Shown here: positions 11,988 to 25,000 of the stretch, piece after piece | Numbering within the stretch: position 1 is the stretch's first letter | Layout: every line of letters starts with the position of its first letter | NCBI GenBank assembly: GCA_030141605.1 | Contig: JAQGDQ010000598.1 | Coordinates: 1-61,189 of the forward strand | Source: Tubiluchus corallicola | Lineage: Eukaryota; Animalia; Priapulida | Length of the DNA: 61,189 nt | Direction of reading: 5' to 3' | Made by a program: the position numbers and the translations under genes | Notes under the pieces: model-generated | Told to the model about the DNA's origin: nothing | The model's database searches: none | What the model saw: the letters and a program-made list of their open reading frames with translations, nothing else

Positions 11988-12254
11988 TAAAGACACCACA
12001 AACGGTTGTAAAATTTGTCGTGTTGTCATTAAAACACCACAAGCAGTTGTAAAGTGTGTCACACTGTCTCTAAAACACCACAAGCAGTTCTAAAGTGTGT
12101 CACACTGTCTCTAAAACACCACAAGCAGTTCTAAAGTGTGTCACACTGTTTCTAAAACACCACAAGCAGTTATAAAGTGTGTCACACTGTCCTTAAAACA
12201 CCACAAGCACTTGTAAAGTGTGTCACACTGTCTCTAAAACACCACAAGCAGTTA
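11988..12254. repeat. 41-bp minisatellite, ~6.5 copies
   Basis: Unit TAAAACACCACAAGCAGTTCTAAAGTGTGTCACACTGTCTC; starts at 12030, 12071, 12112, 12153, 12194, 12235. Confidence 0.92.
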
Positions 12255-13043
12255 AGACCCTTAGTTCTATATTCCGCCTACAGAAATAAAAACAGGTACA
12301 GCATCAGTGCAAGAGCAGGAAAAAATTCCTTACTTCTTAGTTCGAAATTGGTTAGCTTTTTAAGCCCTAGGACACTAATTTACAGACGTTACATTATTTA
12401 GTTTTTACAAACATGATTAATTAACAAGTTTAATTTAAAATTATAAGTCAAATGATTTTTTGATAACAACAAAACTGTCCATTTGTTTATTTTTTACAAA
12501 ACATTCCTTGAAAAAAATCTATTTTAGCTGTGCAGATTATCCGAACAAATTCACGAAGAAACATTTTAACCAACTGTAGCTGTTAAGACAACATCATTTG
12601 GCACTATGTGTAAAATTCAATTCCACATAACTACTATTTTTATTTTATTTTTGTAATTTTGATTTTTTTAAAAGAATTAATATGATGCCTACTAATGTGT
12701 TAATTTTTACACGCATATCACACTATCGACTGCAATTATTTACAGATTTCAACAAGCAGTTGTTAGGACAAGCCATGCATTCTAATGATCTTCAAAGCAT
12801 TAAAATTTACAAAAATATAAAGCCGCACACTCATCAGTAGGATTCCCCTGACCAACCAATTGGCCACCAAACATTCACACTACCACAGAACTTCAGTAAT
12901 CATTTTCTACAGCAATTAGTGGAAGATAACGAGGCAAACCCTATGTTGTTCTATGCCGTATATTTAACATTGTACACGGCACACGATTGATTCGAGTTGG
13001 TTCAACTTCCAACGTTTTCCCGGGATGGTGTGTTAAGTGCCGC

Positions 13044-16000
13044 TCAATTCATCTGCTGTTTCATTGGCAACACATTTTCCGCAACCTAAAAAATGCAGTC
13101 GGTGAGATAAGGACTGAATTTGATTCACAAACGGATGTATTTGATTCAAATCTAATGCCTACCTTTATAACAAAAAATGTAAATTATGCCTGCTAAATTC
13201 TATGTTACAGTAGTATAATTTTATAATTTTACTCTGTCTTCACAATGATGAAGTAAAGTAAGCATTTTCTGTTTCTGAAACTTGTATTTAACTATACAAC
13301 ATGTTAACACTTAAGTTTTGTTAATCTGTGCCCAATGCTATCAGAAATTGTTTGCAGGCTATTAATAACGGTATCACTAAACTCAAATGACATCAACACC
13401 ATGCACGAACAACAAAAAGAGACGAACAACACAAATCATACAATCTACAACGGAACACACACACAACATTACCACCAAAGGAAAAGGATTAACAGATGAA
13501 TCACCGGGAAAGATTCATATGTCGATCCCTGCTCACTATCTTCAAACTCTCCAGACAGGGGGACCCACTCACATTGACTACCCAACCTTAGATATTAAAC
13601 GCACATGTACGATTAGGTTATACTTATACCTGAAAGGGACAACCAGTAGCCTCGACTACATCTTCCACCGTGACGCCATCTGCGATTTCTGTCAAGGTCA
13701 GACCTTTCTCCTCATCAACATTAAACACACACTGTAAAACAGTTGTGAACATTCAGTGTTAGTAATATATGAACTCGAGCGAAAAATTGTGAAGACAAAA
13801 CTGGACCAGAAGTGAACTAGAGACCTCTGGATTGCAAGTGTTTAGCTAAAAATACGCACATTTCTGTTAATTTTCATTTCAAAACCTGAATGTGCCTATC
13901 GTATCATGTATCATTGAGAGTTTTCCAAAGTTTAATTAGATTTTTAATTAATTAGTTTTAATTCTGAATGAGCTAGAATCAGATGATGATAATAAATAAT
14001 AGAAAATGTATTTTCTGCATTGAAAACATGAGCAACCAATTGACAAATATCCTAGTATTACACGGTATCTGTAGACAGTTTAGCAAGTGGCTCCATCTAT
14101 GTAAGAAAAGAGACAACCCTGACTGCACAATAAGTACAGTCCGTGCACAGCACAGCATACAACTATGAGTTGGCCATTAATTGAGGTTCAAGCAAAACTG
14201 GAGATGAGGACAAAACTACGCGCGGTTGGACAAGGTCAAAGTCATAAGCTGGATAGTTTTATGTTTCCACTAGTGTTTAGCATAAGCGATCATCTGCAGT
14301 CAAGTTTTTTTTTACAATATTATTAATACAACACAACATATTTGTCGCAGATACGAGCATTTAATTTACAGTTTATTATTAATTTTGATTTGTAGTTTTA
14401 AACTTTAGTTTTCCATTACCACTAAGTCAGTGCTGACATCTGTTTGTACACTTGGAAGTTTCCAATATATGTATGTACTTGCTACTGCTATATGTTTGTA
14501 TAGAACTGGGTCACTTGGCTTCTCTGTGAATGCAGTAGTTTTTCACACTTGGTAGCAAGATTAGAGGACAAGCAATAGGCTTTAGCAGTTGAGTGGTTAT
14601 AATAAAGTTTTGACTCAGGTGCCATGATATATTGGCTGATGGATTTACTTTAACTTTTGTTTACTACTGTTGATTATGTTTACCATTTTCGTGTATATGT
14701 GAATTGACTATGAGACTATGATTTTGAGTGAAATACAGATTGCAAAGTTAAACCATGTTTTCATCCAGTGATTTCATCTGTTTAACACGAACATTGCAAC
14801 TACAAAAACAGTCTGACAAACCTGCCAATGTCGGTTGTTAGCTCTCCCCAAAACACCCCAGCGACGACTTTAGCGTCACGACAACATTCAGTAAAACTTT
14901 AGTTTACAACTGTTTAAAAACATATCAATTATTAATAATAGAACGCTAGTCTACGTCCCCTAATAAGCGTTCTCTTCGCGTGCAGAGTAGTTCAATTTCG
15001 TTAACTTTCAACATGATTATTGAGCGACGATCGTTTCAGCTACTGAAGCCATTGTCAAAGTACAAACCAAGCCAAAACGTAGAACAAATAATGCATTAAT
15101 GATAAAAAGAGATAAACTATTAATGTATTGTTTATTTTTCTTTTTGGCTTCATTTATAGTTTGATAATGGCTTCAATACCCAAAACGATGTCACTCAATA
15201 AACATGTTCAATCCTGGAAGCTCGCTGTTTCGTCCATTATTTTTATTTTCAAACACTTAGCTATCTGTTACTGTATCTATTTCTTTTCTACGGGTCTGTT
15301 TATTCATTACATATTTGGCTTCCTGGTAAATATACATAATTAGTGCAGTTGGCAATCGAAACGTTTGTAAACATGTTTTTAAACAGTTGCAAATCAAAGT
15401 TTTAATAAAAGTTGTGCCATTAATAATAAATAATTAATAAATAAAATATGGTCCACATCATCATGTCACCCTATTCTTCCTCTTTCTAAAGAGCCGTATA
15501 TCTCCTTTCGAGAGTGTCACTGAATGCCGCTAGAACGTTTTTTCTACAGGCTGTTTGACCAAAATTTCGAACAAATCGCGAGATGGGTCCGGGAAAATGC
15601 CCGTTACGGGAATTCTAAATATGCCTACTACACCCGCCGCTGAACGGGCTATCTGTCCATGGCCAGCACCGAGCTCGGCCCATTTCCGTTCTTCAGATCT
15701 CAGACGTATAACTTTTGCAAAAAAACGGCCGAAAAATGGCCACTTTTGGAGGTTTTTCGCCCCCCGGGTGGGCCCGATTCGAAAAATAAACCCCCATGGC
15801 ACGACACTAGATCGAGACCTTTCATTTGATATATAAATAAATAAATAAATAGTAATTATTAATCAATATTTTAGAATAGTTAAACCGATTACCTTCTCGG
15901 TAATAATCATGTTCACGCAGTTTTTACCAGTAAGAGGCAGAGTGCAGTTTTCTAAAATCTTGTGAGAACCACCCTGAAATAAAAAACAGATCAACCTCAA

Positions 16001-19000
16001 TTCCACGGCCAGAATCGTTGTTATAGTGACCTCTCGCTTGACGATGCTAATGTGTTCCAGCAAAATGCGACGTTAAGCAAAAAGTCGTCAAACAAAGCCA
16101 AGCTTTCCACAGAAAGCAATGTAAAAGAACTGAGATACATTCCTGAAGCAAAAATCAATACTAATTCAATCATATACATCAAACAGTTACTGAGCATCAT
16201 TCATATTTCTACTGATTAATTTCTTTCTGTTTGCTTAAAATCACCTATCATTCTTACCAATATGTGGCTAGACTTGCTAGCGGTCTCTTGAAGCCTGTGT
16301 AAAAGAAATTGGCAGGTGTACTTTGTACATAGTACTTAATCAGTCGGGAAGCAAAGGCATTATAATAATTGCACTGTTTATGTTACTAATGCATTTTTCA
16401 AACAGAATAACATAATTTGTACCGCTTTTATACTTCAAATTAGATAAAAAAAAGTTGTGATAAAATAAAAAATCGCTGAAACCCAAGTAAAAAATCGTCA
16501 TTAAGTGAGAAAAAAGTTGTAGAAATTTGCAATCATTTTATTATAAAACGTAGACAATGTTCACTTCAGTAACAAAATTGAACAAACAGTCGTAAGAGTT
16601 AGCACTATGATGCTGTAGAAATTTTGTATTCTTCAACATTACTTTAACAGTAGAAAATTTGCATCCTTTAACATTGCTGTCTCTAGATCAACTGAAACTT
16701 GCATGCCTGAGAGAATAGAGCTGTAATCACATGACCAGAGATTCAAGTTCCTATTGGAAGGTACATTACATTCATGCATACAGACCATAAATGGACAGAC
16801 CACTCTACAGACTACTAGTTAAACCAAAATCAAAGTCTACTTGGCTTCTTTGATAGCAGAATAAAGTTTATTTGCTTACAGAAAGCTTTGTTATAATTTT
16901 CTCTATTTTAACTTAGAGATAATTAAAGCATGAAATTACAAATCTAATTACTTTGATTAATGATTATCTATAAAAGCAAAAGTAAACAATGTTTGGAAAC
17001 AAAATCAATTAAACTCTGACAAACTTTGTGCAATTAGAGTAAAAAAACGACTGTAGATGGCAGCATAGACTAATTCAGTACTTTAGTGTAGTAGACTGAC
17101 AATTAAATGGGTCAGATAATACTACAATCGAGTACTTAGTACAATAAGCGACAAAAGTGTCAAATGTTCGGCGTCATTAAAACGAAACTTCGCTAAGCGA
17201 GGAGTCGTTAAGCGAGGAGTTACTGTAATATAAAACACAATAACCCATAAAGCTGATGTGTAGCATTTAGTTTAAACTTATGTTATTCTAAAATTTGGCT
17301 AGTTTGCAAATTAATCATAAAATAAAATTGTCGTAATGCAGGTGTGTGCAAATTATTTGACTAGCCGGACCACATTAAACATTCCCGCAATTCCTGTGGG
17401 CCAGATGCAGTTCGGTCAAGAAGCCAAGTACAGTAGGACCTAATAACGATTTTTTGCATCCGATTTGCGCACATCATTACTACTGCACTACTGCACTCAA
17501 GAAACTATTTTAGAAGTTATTAAAATTTATATTAAAAACCACATATTTCATCATGTCCGACAGTGACATTAAGTGATAACGGTCTTGTCAGGGTTAATGC
17601 CATCTGATCTAGAGGAAAAAACTAGCCGCACTATCTTTGCGATATTGGCGCAGACTTCAGCTGGATCGCGTGGGCCGCACTTTCATTACGTTGACAAGCC
17701 TCTCCGCGGGCCACAGTTTGCACACCCCTGTCGTAACGTAAAATTATCAGTGAAAATGATAGACGATAAATGGCTGTTCACAACATTTTAACCTCGACTA
17801 ACTGACTTACATTGACTGACTGAACAAGATAACTTATGCTTCTTATATTACAGGCAATACAGTCAGCAAAATGGACATAATGATTTGGCTCAGAAACAAT
17901 TGTGAGGTATTTTCAATGAGTTGCTTAGTAGTTCATAAATTTGTCATGGTTTTTGATTTTTGTTTTTTTTTTGCTGTTGTTGTATTTTTGTTTTTTGTAT
18001 TTCTGGACGTTTATGTATTCTTTAATAGTTGTGTTCTGCTGTCATTAGCATCTTTTTGTTTACTGTCTTTCTGAGAAGGGTGGTTTACTCGACAACTTTT
18101 GGTTTTTCGCCACCCTTTCTCCCATGTTTGTTTGTATATCTTATTGTCAAATCATTGTAAATTTATGGAGAAAAATAAAATTACTATTACCACAACAGAC
18201 AAGCCAAAACAGAAGATGCGATACATTAAGATAGCAGCACAAGTTTCTAAACAGCAAAATTGCTAACTCAATCAAAATTACATATTACACACAATCACAT
18301 TGTTAGAGTATGAAGAGAATCATATTTTCTTCAAAAAACGTATTGATAAACGCACCTTTGCCGTGTGCTCCATGGTAACAACGACTTTAGTCGCATGACT
18401 GGCTACCAGATCCATAGCTCCGCCCATCCCTTTCACCATCTTTGCCTACAAATCAATAAGAGAAACTAAAGACTTGACCAACTAACTTACCAACATCAAA
18501 TTAGCCGTATATGATAACTATGTTTAATTACGCAGCAAATACAGAAAGAATTTGATCTAAAAAAATTATCTGGAAACATTTTACAATTCCTCACACAATT
18601 TAAACACCCTAATCCTAACGCTAACAGTAGCCCTAGCCCTAACCCAATCTTAACCCTAATCCTAACACTAACAGTAGCCCTAGCCCTAACACAATCTTAA
18701 CCCTAATCCTAACTCTAACCCTAACCCTAACCCTAACTCAATCTTAACCCTAATCCTAACCCTAAGAGTAACCCTAGCCCTAACCCTAACCCTAACAGTA
18801 GTCCTAACCCTAACCCTAACAGTAGTCCTAACCCTAACCCTGACTCAATCTTAACCCTAATCCTAACCCTAACAGTAGCCCTGGCCCTAACCCAATCTTA
18901 ACCCTAATCCTAACCCTAACCCTAACAGCAGCCCTAGCCCTAACCCAATCTTAACCCTAATCCTAACGCTAACAGTAGCCCTAGCCCTAACACAATCTTA

Positions 19001-22000
19001 ACCCTAATCCTAACTCTAACCCTAATAGTAGTCCTAGCCCTAACCCAATCTTAACCCTAACCCTAACCGTAACCCCAATAGTAGCCCTAGCCCTAACTGA
19101 ATCTTAACCCTAATCCTAACCCTAACCCTAACAATTTAATTCAATGCACAAAGCCAGAAAATTCTATACGTACAGGAATCATCCAATTTGCCAGATCTCC
19201 ATACTGAGACACTTGCATCGCTCCAAGAATAGACAAGTCAATGTGACCACTAAAATAATGAAATAATTCTCTAAGTAAACCTCCAAACTATAAATCACCA
19301 ATCACTGACATATGAATGTGAACACAGCTTAAAATTAACTTGCAATTTTCATTTGTTTAACACTGCTTACCCCCGTATCATTGCAAAAGACTCGTCGCTT
19401 CCGAAGTATGCCGCACCGGGAACAACCGTAACCGTCTCCTTTCCGGCATTGATTAAATCAGCATCGACTTGCTCGTCTAGCGGAAACGGTCCCTGAAACA
19501 AAACAAATTTTTGTACATTACACTGAATGTTATACAGTAGCATTGTGCTTCATTTTTCGCTTTTACAAACACGTTCAACTTGCTCACGGATAGTTTCTGC
19601 TGTTGACAAGTGTATATGTTTGTATGTATAAGTGTGTATGTTTGTGACATTATCACTAGCTAGCATTGCCTGCCGTTAATTAACTTTTTAATCTGTTATT
19701 CAATTCTCAGAAATGCTTTGACATTATTATATTTGTTAAAATGTATAAATTTTACCATACTTCAAAATGGGGTAGGACATGAAAAATGGTCCTGTCTTCC
19801 TTGAAGAATTTACAAACGGGACTTTGTTTTTATCCCCTCGTTAAAATCACACATGAGTTTGATGTATTAGTCTCTGAACTCCACTTCCATTAACTCATTA
19901 ACATTAATGAGAGTCCACTCACCAAACCCAAGACTCCGTTCTCGCTCTGCAGATGAATCACCATGCCCTTGGGTACGTAATTACTGGCCAGCATGGGCAT
20001 ACCGATGCCGAGGTTTGCATACATGTCGTCTTTAAACTCGCACGCCGCTCGCCGCACGATTCGCTCCCGCATTTGTGCGGCGGGTGTTAGATCGTGTCCA
20101 ACTTCACCGGTCTCCTTTCTAATCGTCCTCCTCTACGAAAATTAGAGATAGTAAATTCGCAAGTGTTTATGCTGGACGATACATTAGCATAGTACAGGGG
20201 TGTGCAAATTGCGGCCCGCCGAGAGAATTTGTGCGGTCCGCGAAGAGATTTGTCAACCTAATGAAAGTGCGGCCCGGGCGATTAATTGAGTGTATCCAGC
20301 TGAAGTCCGTGCCACGATTCCAAAGATAGTGCGGATAGTTTTTTCTACTAGATCGGATGCCATTAACCCTTACAAGACGGTTGTAGCTTAATGTCACTGT
20401 ACTACACAGACTGTGTGATACACATTACTAATATGCATTGTAATGAAATTACTACTATCTGTCCTGAAAGTAGAAATATATGGTTTGTAATATAAATTTT
20501 AATAACTTCTAAAATAGTTTCTTGAGGGCAGTAGTAATGATGTACGCAGGTCGGATGCAAAACAAAATCGTTATTAGGCCCTTCTGTACTTGGCTCCTTG
20601 ATCAAACTGCCTGTGGCCCGCAGGAATTGCGGGAAAGTTTAATGTAGCCCGGCTAGTCAGATAATTTGCACACCCCTGGCCATAGTATAACGGGATATGT
20701 GAATCTGTACAAATACGGCATCTATGTACGTAGACAAAACATGTGTGAACAGACCTTAAATGGCCAAATTCGTGCAACAATTGGAAAAAGAACATAAGAC
20801 AATCCTACAACAACCCACCTTTACTCTATAAAATCAAGATAACGTAGAAATTGAGAATGTTAAAACTTTAAACAGAGTAAATATGGGATTATCGATCGTC
20901 AAGTGGTGCTCCGTATCAAAAATCGGTTAGCAGTGCAACTTTAAAGTAAAACCTTCATTTACTGGAGCTTGTTTTCTGCATTGTCAAGTTCAGTTTATGG
21001 TTTTAATGCGTCTTTACCCACAGGCTTTATTACCAGTACGTAATTGCCAATTTCGTTGTATTTTTGCATCCCAAGTTTAGACTTACCTTACATTTTTGCT
21101 CAAATAAATGCATTTTTTGTATGCAATTACTGGCAGGCTGTACATAGCTGAGTGGTTTGGCGACCAAAATTAAAAATGACACCGAGGCTGGATGGGTGAC
21201 CTATTTCGATTCTCGCTCAGGGCAGTTCCATTTGCCATGCCGATTCTGGCTGTTTACTCACGAAAGGACACTCATCTAAACATGGACAAGATACCTCTGT
21301 TGGTTCAGTAGCTCATCACAGTGGCATACCCTAGATAATCAGTTCCAGTCTCACCACAACCATCTAAGAAGAACTTACAATTGAATATATTGAATTTTGG
21401 CTTGCAGGCTTATAGACTGTTTGAAAAATGTTACTGAAATATGTGCGTTACTTAGTAACAGCCTGATGGCAAATGTGCTAAGTTCTCACTTAACGACACT
21501 AATGTGTTCCAGCAAAGTGTGACGTTAAGCGAAACGCCGTTAAACAAATCCAAGATTTACACAGAAAGTAATGTAAAAGAATTGAGATACATTCCAGAGG
21601 CAAAAGTCAATACTGATCACAATACTTCTACCGATTAATTTCTTTCTGCTTGCCTGAAACCACCCATATTTCTTACTTACCATTATATATAGCTATTGCA
21701 CTTTCCAGGGATGAGAATGACAAATTGCAAAAAACTCCGAAATTGCAATTTTGTGACCATAGAGAGTCTCTAAGTGGACTTAAAATATCACTTACCTTGT
21801 TTCGTGCATAATTTAAAATACCCAACTATCAAGGACACATGATACCTAATTGTCTCAAAAATGCCTAAGTACTGGCCACTCTTATGCAAAAGTATATAAA
21901 AACTGTGCACAATTGACTCAAATAACTCCGCACAATTGATTCTATATTTTTATACACAGAGATATACACGTGGTTACACTGATGTACGTGATGTAAAACA

Positions 22001-25000
22001 AAGTGACGGCCTGCCAACTAGCGGTCAGCTTGTGAAATAATGTACTGGGTCTGTAAAAATTTTCTCAACGAATTTACGCGATTTACAAAAATGGCACTAC
22101 TGGTCTTCCAAAAACTCGTATCCGCAGAAAATTCTCATCCCTGACTTTCTCTTATGTTAACATTTAATCTTACGCAGAGGTTAAACAATAAAAACTGCAG
22201 AATAAATGCCATGTCCTGAGGCGAGCTTGGGAATCTTTTCTAGATACTTTGTCCGGTTGCTATAGCAACAGGTTGCAGGCTAGCAGGTCTCTCTTGATAT
22301 AAACGGCTGGCATTTAGTAGTCAGTCGGAAAGCAAAAACATATACAGTCAACTCTCGTTAAACCGGACTAATTGGGGGGTGGGGGGGTGGTCCGGTTTAG
22401 CCGATTGTCTGATTTATCCGATATGCCTATATATGCTCTATATTATACGGGAACAATCACCTTACTAAGGCCTATATACATTGCACTATATATTATACTG
22501 TATAATTACTTTAAAATAGTTAGCCTGTGAGGATAACGAAATTATTGTACAGTTGGTAGGCCGTGTTGTGTTTAGCGCTCCGCCTCGGACGGAAATCGGT
22601 CAGTTTCCTTTACCACGGATGACGTCCGTCTTATCCGATATCCGGGCTAACGGGGTCCGGTTTAACGAGGGTCGACTGTATAGTAATTGCACTGTTTTAC
22701 CAGTACATTTTAAGAACAGAATAACACAATATGTTTTAATGCTTCAAATTAGGTAAAAAAGATGTTAATAAGATAAAAATTTGCACTCAGCTTTTGTTTT
22801 GGATATAAGCACGTGGTGCCTCCTTGTGTTTGTTTTTTGCAAATTTAGGCTGTTGATAGACAGGTGAGCTAGGACAGGAAATAGGCCCATTGGCCTCATT
22901 TTACAGACAGGATAGGAAAGAAGTCATACTTTTTCAGTACGTCGTGTCGTTTTATAACAAAATTTTGTCAGTGGAGTTCTGTTTAGCAAGTTAGTAAGAT
23001 GCGGCAAAGACGTAAGTTTGATGTCTTCATATTTCATAATATTATTATACATTTTCATTATAGCAGTTAATTATCTTTTTGACATTTGTTTAGCAGAAAA
23101 TGTTTTTATTTGCTTCAGATAAAACGAAGTCGAGTCGCACATAACATGTCAGTCAGTCAAATATGTCATGATGTGATACTACTGTTTTTGGGATGAGATG
23201 ATGATTGCCCATTTTGGGCAATAAAAAATCATAAATTACATCTAAAAGACTGTTGAACTTGTATTTAGTGCATGTCGCGCACAGCTTTGTTAAAGTGAAA
23301 CATTCGGCATTGAGTGAAAAAAGGTGTTAAATGATCGGCGTCGTTAAAACAAAACGTCGCTAAACGGGGAGACGTCGCTAAACGAGGAAGCGTCGCTAAA
23401 CGAGGAAGCGTCGCTAAACGAGGAAACGTCGCTAAACGAGGAAACATCGCTAAACGGGGAAACGTCGCTAAACGAGGAAGCGTCGCTAAACGGGGAAACG
23501 TCGCTAAACGAGGAAACATCGCTAAACGGGGAGACGTCGCTAAACGAGGAAGCGTCGCTAAACGGGGAACTGTTAAGTGAGGACTTACCGTACTACACTA
23601 CAGCAGAAACATACCTCGATTCTCTTCTCATATTTGGCACCTTTGATGATCCGGTGGACATAGATGCTGGGCACGTGAACGTCTTCCGGACGTATCTCTC
23701 CGATGTCGACAATTTCTTCCACCTCGGCGATCGTCGTTTTTGCCGCTCTCGCGCAAGCCGGGTTAAAATTCCTCGCCGTCTTCCTAAAACCGTCGCAACA
23801 AACAGAACCATTAATCGGAAGAACAGAAAGAAGCGGGCTCATCGATCAGACTGTGTGCCAAATGGCTTCAAAACATGTTTCAGCCTCTGACCGCCGTTAT
23901 GAGACGAGGTTGTTACTGATTCGGCGTTGTCGTTTGCTCTGCGTCACTTGATTAAATAAGGTAGCGGCATTATGTTAATTTTACAGCAACACCAACAGCA
24001 AGTGATCAGACATTCATGTGTATGTGCCATTATTAAGAAACACGTGATGAAACAAGTTAGGTATCATTAGAACTGGTTAGAAGTTGGGTGGGTAATCAAG
24101 GCTGTATTTACCAATAGGGTAACTAGGCTATAGCCAACATTTTAGGGGCGTCGCATTTTAGAAATTATTTTCCTCTGATAATTACTTTCACATTTAGTTA
24201 TTATAATAATAATAATAATAATAATAATAGTAGTAATCCTGACCAACAGATGGCACAGCCATAAGCGATAAAAATAGTCTTAAGTCTACGTGGCTCTGCT
24301 CCTAAACTAGCAGCTTTTTGCTTTAACTAAATGTTACTCTAATTGTTTTCATACTTAATGTTTTCACCTTAGTTATTATGATGATGATGATCATCATCAT
24401 CATCATCACCATCACCACCATCATCATCATCATTATCATCATCATTATGATAGTGTATTGTCATGCTCTTACCTAAAATACAGGTTTCCAGCCTTATCGG
24501 CTTTCCAAGCTTTGACTAGGGCATATTCACCGGTGATGCCTTCCTCCATTATGTAATGTCTCCCGCCGAAGTCCCGGTGCTACAAAAATGAAACAGCTTT
24601 AGTTAACAGTAAGTACACAAAGCCATAAAATGTGCACTCGCTGGAAAAGCCTACTTAACGTGGATGGTGTGGTTGGACCGGTATCTAGCTTTATATTATG
24701 AATAATACTCCAAGATGAGGTAATCAACTGAGTGAGGGTTCAGTATGTTTCAATACGAAGACGCCTCTTAAAGATACAGATGTGAAAACATGACAGAGCC
24801 TACGTAACGTGGATGGTGTGGTTGGACCGGTATCTAGCTTCATACTATGAATAATACTCCAAGATGAGGTAATCAACTGAGAGAGGGTTCATTATGTTTC
24901 AATATCAAGACGCCTCTTAAAGATACACAGATGTGAAAACATGGCAGAGCCTACTTAACGTGGATGGTGTGGTTGGACCGGTATCTAGCTTTATACTATG

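Larger units (their letters stand above)
21478..23572. mobile_element. Tc1/pogo-type non-autonomous element, copy 2, with two nested MITEs
   Basis: Aligns with 16024-17225 (CTAATGTGTTCCAGCAAA.., TGAGATACATTCC.., ACAGAATAACA..); interrupted by 21706-22143 and 22345-22678; right end expanded into an 18-bp array. Confidence 0.65.

Noticed and set aside
13387-13737. 116-aa plus-strand ORF with a CxxC motif, first read as a LINE zinc-knuckle tail
   Set aside because: It is the antisense of OXCT1 exon 12 (13630-13731, [34 protein letters not shown]) plus intron.
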